64,000 bases of DNA from Clostridium sp. CAG:302 (GTDB lineage Bacteria > Bacillota_I > Bacilli_A > RF39 > UBA660), in contig FR887373.1 of the NCBI GenBank assembly GCA_000431795.1, positions 53,818 to 117,817 on the forward strand, read 5' to 3'. Position 1 is the stretch's first letter. Each line of letters begins with the position of its first letter. This document shows positions 39,224 through 49,909 of the stretch, piece by piece. The notes beneath the pieces were generated by a model. The model was given only the letters and a program-made list of their open reading frames with translations, was not told the origin of the DNA and searched no databases. The translations under genes and the position numbers were made by a program.

Positions 39224-40739
39224 ACTACACCCAGCTTTAGTATTTTTAATTCTTACTTTAGCTGTTATGATACTTAGTAGTTTGGGTAGTATATTCAATT
39301 TAGAGTCTAGTTATTATGTAGTTAATGAGGTTACTGGTGATTTAACAACACAAACTGTTAATATTCATAATCTATTTAATAGGACGGGGCTTCAATATTT
39401 GATTAGTAATATGTTAAACAATTTTATTAGTTTTGCTCCTCTTGGTAATTTAATTATAGGTTTACTTGGAGTAGGTGTAGGATATAAGAGTGGTTTTCTT
39501 AATTCTTTATTTAAGGTAATTGGTGAAAAGCTACCAAGAAAAGTACTTACTTTCTTAGTTGTACTTCTTGGGGTTATCTTTTCGATGTTTTATGAAGTTG
39601 GGTATGTAATATTAATTCCTTTAGCGGCAATATTATTTATGAATTTAGGTAGACACCCATCTGCGGGTATTTGTGCTGCTTTTACAGGTATTACCTTTGG
39701 ATATGGTAGTAATGTTGTTGTTAATAGATTAGATAGTATGTTAACTACTTATTCAAATAAGGCTGCACTTATACTTGATTCATCTTATAATGTTAATTTG
39801 TATGGCAATATTATTTTTACTATAGTTAGTACAATACTTGTGGCTTATGTTGGTATGGTAGTTACAGAAAGATTTATCATACCAAAGCTTGGTAAGTATT
39901 CTTTTGATGAAGAAGAACCATCACAACTAGGTGAGGTTTCTAAAAAAGAAAGAAAAGGTATTGCTATATCATTACTTGCTACCTTAATTATTGGCATTCT
40001 TCTTGTGTATTGTATTATTAAGGGTCTTCCTTTCTCTGGACTATTCCTAGATCTTAGTCAAAGTAAATATGTTGATATGCTCTTTGGCGAAGGTTCGTAC
40101 TTTTATCAAGGCTCTGTTACTATATTCTCATTCTTACTTATATTTAGTTCATTAATATATGGTATGAGAGTTAAGACAATTAATAATAATAGGGATCTAG
40201 TAGAAGGAATGAGTTATTATTTAAAAGATGTTGCTTCTTTATTAGTACTTATATTTTTTGCTTCACAATTTTGTATGATATTTAAAGAAACTAATATAGG
40301 TTTATTTGTTGTTGCATCTTTATCTGAATTACTTAATGGTATGCAGTTATCTGGACTTGCTCTTGTAGTCATTACATTCTTAATAGTGGCCTTATCAACA
40401 TTCTTTGTTCCTATGGCTTCGACTAAATGGGCTATGCTGTCCCCAGTAATTGTTCCAATGTTTATGCAAAGTTCTATGACTCCTGAATTTGCTGAGGTTG
40501 TCTTTAGAGCTGGTGATTCTTGTATTAAAGGCATTACCCCAGTATATAGTTACTTTGTTATACTAATTGGTTTCTTACACATTTATAATAAGAGAAAGAA
40601 TGATGTTATTACTATTACTGATGCTATGTCATTAATGGTACCTTATACTATTGCTTTTGTAATATTATATTTTGTTATAATGTTGGCGTTTTATATTATT
40701 GGTATTCCTATAGGATTTGGCTCTAATGTTATGCTATAA
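39204..40739 (+). CDS. AbgT-family transporter
   Basis: 511 aa, polytopic. The N-terminus KVRLHPALVFLILTLAVMILS and the overall layout resemble AbgT/MtrF. Confidence 0.65.
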   Translation: MKKKKVRLHPALVFLILTLAVMILSSLGSIFNLESSYYVVNEVTGDLTTQTVNIHNLFNRTGLQYLISNMLNNFISFAPLGNLIIGLLGVGVGYKSGFLNSLFKVIGEKLPRKVLTFLVVLLGVIFSMFYEVGYVILIPLAAILFMNLGRHPSAGICAAFTGITFGYGSNVVVNRLDSMLTTYSNKAALILDSSYNVNLYGNIIFTIVSTILVAYVGMVVTERFIIPKLGKYSFDEEEPSQLGEVSKKERKGIAISLLATLIIGILLVYCIIKGLPFSGLFLDLSQSKYVDMLFGEGSYFYQGSVTIFSFLLIFSSLIYGMRVKTINNNRDLVEGMSYYLKDVASLLVLIFFASQFCMIFKETNIGLFVVASLSELLNGMQLSGLALVVITFLIVALSTFFVPMASTKWAMLSPVIVPMFMQSSMTPEFAEVVFRAGDSCIKGITPVYSYFVILIGFLHIYNKRKNDVITITDAMSLMVPYTIAFVILYFVIMLAFYIIGIPIGFGSNVML

Positions 40740-40744
40740 ATTAA

Positions 40745-40770
40745 AAGTTATACTTTGGTATGACTTTTTT
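40745..40770 (+). terminator. Intrinsic terminator
   Basis: AAGTTATAC-TTTG-GTATGACTT followed by a T-run. Confidence 0.7.
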
Positions 40771-40787
40771 AAATTTTATACTCCCAG

Positions 40788-40872
40788 TTTATATTTAATA
40801 TATATGGCTGATATATTTATTTGAGACAATACTTTGGATCAGATAAACACTTTGAGATTTTGACTTAAAGTG
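40788..40872 (+). repeat. Twin-hairpin intergenic element, copy 3
   Basis: TATATGGCTGATATATT box. Hairpin 1 is TATTTGAGAC..GGATCAGATA with a tandem G.A/A.G mismatch. Hairpin 2 is CACTTTGAG..ACTTAAAGTG. Confidence 0.55.
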
Positions 40873-40967
40873 AAATAAGTAAAAAATATTTATAATTACT
40901 TGTATAAAAATGTTTATTTTATAGTTAATTTTTGTTATAATATTTAGGTAAGAAAGAAGTGATATAA

Positions 40968-42065
40968 ATGAGTTTAACTGCTGGTATTGTTGGCCTTCCT
41001 AATGTTGGAAAGAGTACTTTATTTAATGCCATTACTAAAAAGAATATACTAGCTGCAAATTATCCATTTGCTACAATTGATCCTAATGTAGGTGTAGTTA
41101 CTGTTCCTGATAAGAGAGTAGAAGTATTAGAAAATATGTATGTTCCTGAGAGAACTATTCCTACTACTTATGAATTTACAGATATTGCAGGACTAGTAAA
41201 GGGTGCTAGTACTGGTGAAGGACTTGGTAATAAGTTTCTATCACATATAAGACAAGTAGATGCTATTGTTGAGGTTGTTAGATGTTTTGATGATGAAAAT
41301 ATTATTCATGTTGATGGTAATGTTGAACCAATAAGAGATATTGAAGTTATTAATGTAGAACTAGTTCTTTCAGATTTAGAAATTATTACTACAAGAATTG
41401 GTAAAATTGGTAAAAAGGCTATGACTACTAAAAACAAAGATGATGTCAAAGAAATAGAATTGTTAGAAAGAATAAAAGATGCATTAGAGAAGAATATTCC
41501 TGTTAGAAAACTTGGTTTAGATGATGAAGAAAAGAAAATTATTAGTTCATTTAATTTAATTACTTTAAAGCCTATTATATATGCTCTTAATGTTAGTGAA
41601 GAAGATATTGTTAATGGTAATGAGTATACTAATAAAGTATGTGAGTATGCTAAAAATGAGGGTAGTGAAGTAGTTATTATTTCTGCGAAGATAGAAAGTG
41701 AACTTGCTGAACTTGATGATGATGAAAAAATGCTATTTTTAAATGAACTTGGTATTACTTCAAGTGGTCTTGATAAGTTAATTGATAAAACTTATAAATT
41801 ACTTGGACTAGCTACATTCTTTACAGTTGGATCTGATGAAGTTAGGGCTTGGACATTTAAAAAAGGTATGAAGGCTCCTGAATGTGCTGGTATTATTCAT
41901 TCTGATTTTGAAAGAGGTTTTATTAAGGCTGAGGTTATGTCTTATGATGATTTAGTGGCTGCGGGTAGTGAACTAAAAGTTAGAGAAGCTGGTAGAGCAA
42001 GAATTGAAGGAAAAGAATATGTAATGCAGGATGGAGATATTTGTCATTTTAGATTTAATGTATAG
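40968..42065 (+). CDS. ychF: Ribosome-binding ATPase YchF
   Basis: [17 protein letters not shown]1 motif and a TGS-like C-terminus. Confidence 0.95.
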   Translation: MSLTAGIVGLPNVGKSTLFNAITKKNILAANYPFATIDPNVGVVTVPDKRVEVLENMYVPERTIPTTYEFTDIAGLVKGASTGEGLGNKFLSHIRQVDAIVEVVRCFDDENIIHVDGNVEPIRDIEVINVELVLSDLEIITTRIGKIGKKAMTTKNKDDVKEIELLERIKDALEKNIPVRKLGLDDEEKKIISSFNLITLKPIIYALNVSEEDIVNGNEYTNKVCEYAKNEGSEVVIISAKIESELAELDDDEKMLFLNELGITSSGLDKLIDKTYKLLGLATFFTVGSDEVRAWTFKKGMKAPECAGIIHSDFERGFIKAEVMSYDDLVAAGSELKVREAGRARIEGKEYVMQDGDICHFRFNV

Positions 42066-42076
42066 AAAGGGTAAAT

Positions 42077-43861
42077 ATGAAAGATAGAAAAGATATTGAT
42101 AAGAAGTATACTTGGAATTTAGATGTTATTTATAGTAATACTACAGAATTTGATAAAGACTATGACTTAGTAATAGATAAAATTAATTCTTTAAAGAAAT
42201 ATGAAAATACTATGATGGATAATAGTGATAATTTTTATGATTCTATTAGACTATCATTTGAAATAGAAAGATTGATTGATAAGTTATATTGTTATGTTAA
42301 TTTATCTTTTGATTTAGATACTTCAAATAATAATAAACAAGAATTATGTGAGAAAATATCTAATTTAAGAAGTAAGTATAGTGAGAATAGTTATTTCATA
42401 GTACCTAGTATTTTAAAGAATGATTATAGTGTTATAGAAAAATATATTAAAGAGAATCCTTTAATTAAAAATTATGAAATTTCTATTAGGGAAATATATA
42501 GATATAAAGAACATACTCTTTCTGATACAGAAGAAAAGCTTTTATCAAGTATTGGTAAGATGGTAGGAAACTCTTATGATACATATGAACTATTTAAAGA
42601 TTGTGATATGTCTTTTGATAGTATTGAAGATGAGAATGGTAAGAAAATAGAACTTAATAATAGTAATTATAGTCTATATATTGAAAGTAAAGATAGAAGG
42701 GTAAGAAAAGATACTTTTAATACTTTATATAAAGAATATAAAAAATATACTAATACTTTTGCTTCTTTAATATCTTCAAATATGAAAGAACTGTCTACAT
42801 TAGCTAAGATTAATAAATATAATAGCGCTATTGAAATGAGTTTATATGCTGATGATGTTGATATTAAAGTATATAATAATTTAATAGATAGTGTTCATAA
42901 ACATATTGATTATATTTATGATTATTATAAGTTAAAGAAGGATATTCTTAATTTGAATGATATTCATTTATATGATGTATATGTACCTATTGGTAATATT
43001 CTTGATAAGAAGTATAGTTATGAAGAAGCAAAAGAAGTTATACTTAAGGTATTGGAAGTTTTTGAAGATGAATACATAACTAAGGTAAAAGAAGCTCTTG
43101 ATAATAGGTGGATAGATGTATATCCTACTAAAAACAAAAGGACTGGTGGATATTCTGGTGGTAGTTATGATACTTATCCATATATTTTACTAAACTATCA
43201 AGATAAATATAATGATATGTCTACTTTAATTCATGAAATGGGCCACTCTATGCATAGTTATTATTCTAGAAATTATAATGATTATCAAAATAGTGAATAT
43301 AGAATATTTGTCGCTGAAGTTGCTTCGACTGTTAATGAATTATTACTTAGTCATTATTTACTTGAACATAGTAGCGATGTAGAGGAGAAAAAATATATTT
43401 TAAATAATTTAATGGAATTATATAGGGCTACTATATATAGACAGACTATGTTCGCTGAATTTGAAAGAGATATATCTAGTATTATTGATAATGATGGCGC
43501 TCTTACTGCGGATAAATTATCTAATATGTATTATGATTTAAATAAATTTTACTTTGGTGATGGTGTGGTAGTTGATGATGAAATCAGATATGAATGGGAG
43601 AGAATACCACACTTCTATTACGACTTCTATGTATACAAGTATGCTACGGGTTTAAGTGCTGCGACCGCTATTGTGAAGGGTATACTAGATAAGAAGGAAA
43701 ATGCTGTGGAAAATTATATTGACTTTCTAAAGTGTGGTTCTAGATTATCTCCTATTGAATCTTTAAAAGTAGCAGGTGTTGATTTAACTAATAGTAGTGT
43801 TGTAGATATTGCTCTTGATGAATTTAAAAATATACTCGATATGTATAAAAGTATGATATAA
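42077..43861 (+). CDS. pepF: Oligoendopeptidase F (M3B)
   Basis: 594 aa with HEMGH zinc motif. Confidence 0.88.
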   Translation: MKDRKDIDKKYTWNLDVIYSNTTEFDKDYDLVIDKINSLKKYENTMMDNSDNFYDSIRLSFEIERLIDKLYCYVNLSFDLDTSNNNKQELCEKISNLRSKYSENSYFIVPSILKNDYSVIEKYIKENPLIKNYEISIREIYRYKEHTLSDTEEKLLSSIGKMVGNSYDTYELFKDCDMSFDSIEDENGKKIELNNSNYSLYIESKDRRVRKDTFNTLYKEYKKYTNTFASLISSNMKELSTLAKINKYNSAIEMSLYADDVDIKVYNNLIDSVHKHIDYIYDYYKLKKDILNLNDIHLYDVYVPIGNILDKKYSYEEAKEVILKVLEVFEDEYITKVKEALDNRWIDVYPTKNKRTGGYSGGSYDTYPYILLNYQDKYNDMSTLIHEMGHSMHSYYSRNYNDYQNSEYRIFVAEVASTVNELLLSHYLLEHSSDVEEKKYILNNLMELYRATIYRQTMFAEFERDISSIIDNDGALTADKLSNMYYDLNKFYFGDGVVVDDEIRYEWERIPHFYYDFYVYKYATGLSAATAIVKGILDKKENAVENYIDFLKCGSRLSPIESLKVAGVDLTNSSVVDIALDEFKNILDMYKSMI

Positions 43862-43892
43862 AAGAGAGACTTTTTAATTGTCTCTCTTTTTA
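43861..43892 (+). terminator. Intrinsic terminator of pepF
   Basis: AAAGAGAGAC-TTTTTAATT-GTCTCTCTTT followed by a T-run. Confidence 0.75.
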
Positions 43893-44021
43893 TGATAATG
43901 GTTTTTCTCTAAAATAAATTCTATGTTATAACTTTATTAATTTTGTTCATTATTTTGAAAATTTATATAAAAAATGAATGTAACTATACTATAAAATCAG
44001 TACGATGATATTCACAATTTT

Positions 44022-44429
44022 TTATTTGATACTTCTTAAATAAGTAACTAAATTATTAGCATGATTATAGTATGTATTACCATTACTTGCTTTTAATACT
44101 ATGCTATCATTATCTACTATTTGCAAGTCTATTTTTTGTACTACATTATTATTATCATATCTTATAGTAAAAGTATCATAGCATATATCATTACTACCTG
44201 TCCATGGACCATTATTAGATAATTCTTTCCAGTATGTATCTATTTTGTTTAATACTTCTTTATTTAGTTTATTTTCGGTATTTTCACAATCTACATAGTA
44301 TACATCATAGTTAGTATTCAATATATTTTTAGTCCAGTTACCACTTTGTTTATTAATTAAAATAACTATTATTACTCCTAGTAGAATGACTGCAGTTACT
44401 CCTAATACAATATAATTTTTCTTAGTCAT
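44022..44429 (-). CDS. Membrane-anchored hypothetical protein (135 aa)
   Basis: RBS AAGGAGGATA upstream on the - strand. N-terminal TM. No recognised motif. Confidence 0.5.
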   Translation of the reverse strand: MTKKNYIVLGVTAVILLGVIIVILINKQSGNWTKNILNTNYDVYYVDCENTENKLNKEVLNKIDTYWKELSNNGPWTGSNDICYDTFTIRYDNNNVVQKIDLQIVDNDSIVLKASNGNTYYNHANNLVTYLRSIK

Positions 44430-44544
44430 ATATCCTCCTTATATTCTAAGTTAATATTATCATTAAGAAAAAATTGTGTCAATATTTTTGCGTTAGATAT
44501 TTCTTTTTGTGTCAAATTAATGTATACTAATAATAGGTGATTAT

Positions 44545-45634
44545 ATGGAACTTTATGAATTAAAAAAAGAGTATAAAATATTAGAAAATAAAATTATTGA
44601 TCTTAGGAGGTCTCTTTGACTTAGATAGTAAAATTAAAAGAGTAGAAGAAATTAATAATTTAATGCTTGATAGTTCATTTTGGGATGATAGGGCTTCTTC
44701 TGAAAAGTTAGTTAGTGAACTTAAGCACGATAAAAATATTATAGATAATATTAATAACTTAGAGAGTAAGATTAATAGTAATATTGATATGCTTAATGAT
44801 GTAAAAGATAGTGATACTGAAATGTTATTGCTTATTGAAGATGAATATCATGATATTAATAAATTAATAGACAAGGCTACTTTAGATACTTATTTAAGCG
44901 GCGAATATGATAATTCTAATGCTATTATGGAAATACATGCTGGTGCAGGCGGTACTGAATCATGCGACTGGGCATTAATGTTATATAGAATGTATACTAG
45001 ATACGCTAGTTGTAATGGCTATACTATTACTGAACTTGATAAGCAAGATGGCGAAGAAGCTGGAATTAAGTCGGTATTATTTCAAGTTAATGGTCCTTTA
45101 GCTTATGGCTATTTAAAACATGAAAAAGGAGTACATAGATTAGTTAGAATTAGTCCATTTGATGCAAATAAGAGAAGACATACTTCTTTTGCTGCGGTTG
45201 ATGTAATGCCTGAGATAGATGATAATATTGATGTAGAAATTAATGATAATGATATTAGAGTGGATATTTATCGTAGTAGTGGTCCTGGAGGACAGGGCGT
45301 AAACACTACTGATAGTGCAGTTAGAATTACACATATTCCTACAGGTATTGTTGTCACTTGTCAAAATGAAAGAAGTCAAATTAGAAATAAAGAAAAAGCA
45401 CTTGAAGTACTTAAGGGTAAATTATTATTACTGGAAAAAGAAAAGCAAGATGAAAAGATTAATGGTATTAAAGGGGAGCAACTATCTAATGGCTGGGGAA
45501 GTGCTAAGAGAAGTTATGTATTATGTCCTTATACTTTAGTTAAAGATAACAATAGTGGATATGAAAGTAGTAATGTAAGTGGTATATTAAATGGTGAAAT
45601 AGAGGAAATGTTAGAATTTGGAATAAAAGAATAA
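44545..45634 (+). CDS. prfB: Peptide chain release factor 2, requires programmed +1 frameshift at 44617
   Basis: Frame 0 runs ATG 44545..CTT TGA (stop 44617-44619). The +1 frame continues GAC TTA GAT.. into ORF 44597..45634, which carries the SPF-type motif region and GGQ (SSGPGGQGVNTTDSAVR). Confidence 0.92.
44605..44620 (+). promoter_or_regulatory. prfB +1 frameshift cassette
   Basis: AGGAGG TCT CTT TGA C. An SD-like element lies 3 nt before the slippery CTT and the in-frame TGA-C, the same architecture as E. coli AGGGGG UAU CUU UGA C. Confidence 0.88.
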
Positions 45635-45646
45635 AGGGTGATTTAT

Positions 45647-46549
45647 ATGGGAATATTTGATTATTTTAGAAAGAAAAAGGTAGATAGTATTATAACTAAG
45701 GTTAACAAGAAAAATATCGGTAGGAGATATTGTATGCTTGTACTTGGTACTTTAATTGTAGCCTTTTCTTTTAATTTATTCTTTTTAAGATATAATTTAG
45801 CCTGCTTTGGAGTGAGTGGTATATCAATAGTACTCAGTAAGTTTGGTGTTAATCCTTCAATATTTATTTTAGGGTGTAACATTTTATTAATGATACTTGC
45901 TTACTTTACATTAGGATTTGAAAATACGAAGAACCAATTAGTTGGAGCTTTAATATATCCTATATTGGTACAACTTACTAGTTATATTACTAAATATATA
46001 GATTTAGGAAATACTGAAATGATTGTTATTGCTGTAGTAGGTGGTGTACTTGCAGGTATCGGCTACGGATTAATATATAAGAGTAATTTCTCTACTGGTG
46101 GTACTGATGTTATCGTAGGTATTATTCATAAGTATTTAAAAATGTCTATGGGAACTGCTAGTCTCATAGTTAACGGATGCATTATATTACTCGGTAAACT
46201 TGTGTTTGGATGGGATATAGTACTTTATGCTATATTAGTATCATATTTAATATCAGTATTTACTGATAAGATATTACTTGGTATATCTAAGAGTAAAGCA
46301 TTTTATATAGTTGTTAATAAAGAAAAAGATGATATGGTAAGAGATTTTCTTATATCACTTCCTGATGTTGGAACAACAGTTATAGATGCTGAAGGTGGCT
46401 ATTCTAGTGAAGATGAAACTCTTTTACTAGCGGTTGTTCCTACGAGAAGTTATTTTATAGTAAAGGAAGGTTTAAAAGAGATAGATAATAATATATTTTT
46501 CTTAGTTTGTGACTCCTACGAAGTAAGTGATAATGGTGATTTATCATGA
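45647..46549 (+). CDS. YitT-family membrane protein (DUF2179 C-domain), paralogue 1
   Basis: Five TM segments plus a C-terminal DUF2179-like domain (VGTTVIDAEGGYS). ATG at 45647 after AAGGGTG. Confidence 0.75.
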   Translation: MGIFDYFRKKKVDSIITKVNKKNIGRRYCMLVLGTLIVAFSFNLFFLRYNLACFGVSGISIVLSKFGVNPSIFILGCNILLMILAYFTLGFENTKNQLVGALIYPILVQLTSYITKYIDLGNTEMIVIAVVGGVLAGIGYGLIYKSNFSTGGTDVIVGIIHKYLKMSMGTASLIVNGCIILLGKLVFGWDIVLYAILVSYLISVFTDKILLGISKSKAFYIVVNKEKDDMVRDFLISLPDVGTTVIDAEGGYSSEDETLLLAVVPTRSYFIVKEGLKEIDNNIFFLVCDSYEVSDNGDLS

Positions 46550-47427
46550 AATTGAATAAAAAGAAAAAGTTTGATACTAAAAAACTAGAAAAAATTATTA
46601 AAAATAAAAATACTTATTATAATTTCTTTCTTTTTATAATAGGTATGGCACTTAGTGCTATTTCTGTCAGTGTATTTTATTCTCCTAATGAAGTAGTTAC
46701 TACTGGTAGTACAGGACTTGCAATTATATTAAACAAATATTTAAATATAGATTTATCATTATTGGTATTATGTTTATCATCAATGTTACTTGTTTTATCC
46801 TTTTTAGTATTTGGTATTAATTATGGATCAAAACATATACTCGGTACATTATTATTCCCAGTATTTTTAAAGAGCGCTACTTTAATAAATAGGGTTGTTA
46901 ATTTTGAAGGAGTATCTTTATTTCTACTTATAGTTATTGGTGGAGTACTTTCAGGCATTGGTTTCGGACTAGTTAAAAGAAGTAATTATAGTCTTGGAGG
47001 CTTTTATGTACTATATGATATTATTAATAAAAAATTTAAAATATCCGTTGGTAAGGCTAGTTTGATATGTAATAGTATGATTATAATACTTAGTATATTT
47101 ACTTTTGGTATAGATAAATGTATATATGCTATTATTGGATTATATATGACTAGTTATTTTGGTGATAAGATAATGCTTGGTATATCTAGTAATAAGGCTT
47201 TTTATATTATTACTAGAAGACCTTCAGAAGTTAAAGAATATATTATTAATAATTTAGATCATACTGTTACTGTGGTTAAGGCTAGAGGTGGTTATAGTGA
47301 TAGAAAAAAGACTATGCTTCTTTGTGTAATACCTACTGTTGAATATGTAAAAATGAAAGAAGTTATTAAAGCAATAGATGAAAGGGCTTTCTTCTTAGTT
47401 ACTGATAGTTATACAGTATCTAAGTAG
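46546..47427 (+). CDS. YitT-family membrane protein, paralogue 2
   Basis: Same architecture (TVTVVKARGGYS). 4-nt overlap with paralogue 1. Confidence 0.75.
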   Translation: MKLNKKKKFDTKKLEKIIKNKNTYYNFFLFIIGMALSAISVSVFYSPNEVVTTGSTGLAIILNKYLNIDLSLLVLCLSSMLLVLSFLVFGINYGSKHILGTLLFPVFLKSATLINRVVNFEGVSLFLLIVIGGVLSGIGFGLVKRSNYSLGGFYVLYDIINKKFKISVGKASLICNSMIIILSIFTFGIDKCIYAIIGLYMTSYFGDKIMLGISSNKAFYIITRRPSEVKEYIINNLDHTVTVVKARGGYSDRKKTMLLCVIPTVEYVKMKEVIKAIDERAFFLVTDSYTVSK

Positions 47428-47497
47428 GAAAATTATGTAAAATAATAGATAGATATTTAAAAAATATTGAAATAATGGTATAATTAATTATACAGAT

Positions 47498-48208
47498 ATG
47501 GAGGTAGTAAAAGTGGAGTTAATTAGAATTAGTGATGTTCAAAAGACTTATAAAACCGGTACTGTAGCACTATATGATTTTAATCTTAGTATTAAAAAAG
47601 GCGAATTTGTATTTGTAATAGGTGCTTCAGGTAGTGGTAAGTCTACTTTGATAAAAATGTTATATAGGGAAGAAAAACCTGATAAAGGTTCTATAATAAT
47701 AGGTGGTATTAATGTAGCAAAACTTAGAAATAGAAAAGTATATGCTCTAAGAAGAAAGTTAGGAGTAGTCTTTCAAGATTTTAAACTATTACCTAAGCTT
47801 ACAGTATATGAAAATGTAGCTTTTGCTATGGAAGTACTAGGTTATGACAAAAAAGAAATACATAAAAGGGTAATGGATGTTCTTGACTTGGTAGGGTTAA
47901 AAAATAAAGTAAGACAGTTTCCAGACCAGTTATCTGGCGGTGAGCAACAAAGAGTAGTTATAGCAAGAGCTATTGTTAATAAACCTAAACTTCTTATATG
48001 TGATGAACCTACAGGTAACTTAGATCCTGATACTTCATTGGAAATTATGAAGGTACTTGATGAAATTAATGCAATGGGTACTACAATCATAATGGCTACT
48101 CATGATAGAGATATTGTTGATAAAATGAAGAAAAGAGTTATAGTACTCGATAGAGGAAGACTTGCTAAAGATATAGAGAAAGGAAGCTACTGCAATGAAA
48201 AGTTTTAG
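47498..48208 (+). CDS. ftsE: Cell division ATP-binding protein FtsE
   Basis: GASGSGKST, LSGGEQQRV and LLICDEPTGNLD. An alternative GTG start at 47513 lies 8 nt after GGAGG. Confidence 0.92.
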   Translation: MEVVKVELIRISDVQKTYKTGTVALYDFNLSIKKGEFVFVIGASGSGKSTLIKMLYREEKPDKGSIIIGGINVAKLRNRKVYALRRKLGVVFQDFKLLPKLTVYENVAFAMEVLGYDKKEIHKRVMDVLDLVGLKNKVRQFPDQLSGGEQQRVVIARAIVNKPKLLICDEPTGNLDPDTSLEIMKVLDEINAMGTTIIMATHDRDIVDKMKKRVIVLDRGRLAKDIEKGSYCNEKF

Positions 48209-49115
48209 AAGTATAAGAAGATATTTTAGAGATGCTATTCATGGAGTATTTAGAAACTTTTCTTTATCACTTGCATCAATTTCATGTATAACTATTACTT
48301 TAATAGTAGTGGCAGTATCATTAATTTTATCTTATAATGTTGAGCATTTTTCTGATTCAATTAGAAAAGATGTAACTGTAGTTATGTTTTTGAAGAAAGA
48401 AACTACAAAAGAAGATTTAACTAAAATAAAAAAAGAACTTGAGAGTATTGAAAATATTGAAAATAGTAGTATTGAACTTAAGACTAAAGAAGAGTCTGCT
48501 AATGAATTAAAAAATGGTAATGAAATATTTGCCACTACTGTTGATAGATGGACTGAAGAAACAAATCCTTTACTTGATAGTTATATGTTTAAAGTAAAAG
48601 ATATCGTTCAAATAGATGATACAGTAAAAGAAGTAAAAAACTTATCTTTTTCTAAAGATAAGATAAATAATATTAATTATGGAGAAGATATTGTACATCA
48701 ATTAATTGAAGTGTTTAATGTGGTAAAGAAAATATGTATAGTAGCAGTTTTATCATTAGTTCTAGTTACAGCATTCTTAATTGCTAATACTATCAAACTT
48801 GCTATATACTCTAGAAAAAGAGAAATTGAAATAATGAGACTAGTAGGAGCTTCAAATATATCTATTAAAATACCATTCATTATTGAAGGATTATTTATAG
48901 GACTTCTTGGTTCTATAGTACCAATACTTATTACTATATTTGGTTATACTTCTTTATATGATTACTTTGGTGGTAAATTATTTGGCTCTGGCCTTGCCGA
49001 ACTAGTTAACCCAATGCCATTTATATATCAAGTATCTGGTGTACTTGTAGTTATTGGTATTGTTGTTGGTATGATAGGAAGTTATCAAGCAGTAAGAAAA
49101 TACTTAAAAATATAG
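48195..49115 (+). CDS. ftsX: Cell division permease FtsX
   Basis: Overlaps ftsE. One TM, an extracellular domain, then three C-terminal TM segments, with the MRLVGAS motif. Confidence 0.85.
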   Translation: MKSFRSIRRYFRDAIHGVFRNFSLSLASISCITITLIVVAVSLILSYNVEHFSDSIRKDVTVVMFLKKETTKEDLTKIKKELESIENIENSSIELKTKEESANELKNGNEIFATTVDRWTEETNPLLDSYMFKVKDIVQIDDTVKEVKNLSFSKDKINNINYGEDIVHQLIEVFNVVKKICIVAVLSLVLVTAFLIANTIKLAIYSRKREIEIMRLVGASNISIKIPFIIEGLFIGLLGSIVPILITIFGYTSLYDYFGGKLFGSGLAELVNPMPFIYQVSGVLVVIGIVVGMIGSYQAVRKYLKI

Positions 49116-49127
49116 TATTTTCTTTTT

Positions 49128-49150
49128 TTATCCACAGATACTGTTGATAC
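49128..49150. promoter_or_regulatory. Perfect DnaA box plus inverted degenerate box (also a hairpin)
   Basis: TTATCCACA (9/9) GATAC TGTTGATAC. It lies between convergent ftsX and the - strand membrane gene, flanked by a T-run and an A-run, so it may simply be a bidirectional terminator. Confidence 0.4.
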
Positions 49151-49157
49151 ATAAAAA

Positions 49158-49709
49158 TTATCTATTCTTTGTTATTTTCTTATATTCATTAATACCATAT
49201 TTTTCATTTAATGTATCATAAAAGATAAACTTATGTGGTGGATTATAAGTTAAATAAATAAAACCTAGATATATTATAATTATTATAGGAACTGAAAGTG
49301 TATTTAATACTTTTAGTTCTTTTTCTTTTAGTATATTATAACTTACTATTTGACCTATAATATATACTATTATCATGAGAGTTATTGATATAAATGGAGA
49401 TTCTCCTAATAACTTATATAGAGGTATATATATTACTAAGTATAATGGTATTTGCATTAATGGAATGAAATATGTATTAAATGGTAAATTATTATATGTA
49501 ATATTATATTTCTTTAAAAGAATATATTCTATCAAACTATATATTAGTGTTGAAGTAAATAATATTTTCATGTGTTCCCAGATGCTTTCATTTACTGGAA
49601 AGATAAAAGAAAAGATAATATTAGGAAAAATATCATAAGCAAAATGTGATATAAAAGATAATATAGTTATAATAACTACTCCAAGTATTTTTATTTTCTT
49701 TAAATTCAT
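49158..49709 (-). CDS. Polytopic membrane protein (183 aa), unknown function
   Basis: Five to six hydrophobic segments. No motif recognised. Confidence 0.55.
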   Translation of the reverse strand: MNLKKIKILGVVIITILSFISHFAYDIFPNIIFSFIFPVNESIWEHMKILFTSTLIYSLIEYILLKKYNITYNNLPFNTYFIPLMQIPLYLVIYIPLYKLLGESPFISITLMIIVYIIGQIVSYNILKEKELKVLNTLSVPIIIIIYLGFIYLTYNPPHKFIFYDTLNEKYGINEYKKITKNR

Positions 49710-49740
49710 ATATTTATACTCCTTTATTTATTATATTATT

Positions 49741-49824
49741 AATATGGCTAAATAATTAAAAAATATTAATTTTAGAGATTACAAGCTCTAAAATTCTTTA
49801 TGAAGACTTAATGGCTTCATAAAG
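49741..49824 (+). repeat. Twin-hairpin intergenic element, copy 4 (box degenerate)
   Basis: AATATGGCTAAATAATT. Hairpin 1 is AATTTTAGAGAT-TACA-AGCTCTAAAATT. Hairpin 2 is CTTTATGAAGAC-TTAAT-GGCTTCATAAAG. Confidence 0.45.
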
Positions 49825-49909
49825 CATCGAACAACAAAGCGTGAGATGAAAAACTAATAAATACCTTTATTTTTATATACTTTTTTAGTATAATATATAT
49901 TGTGATAGT

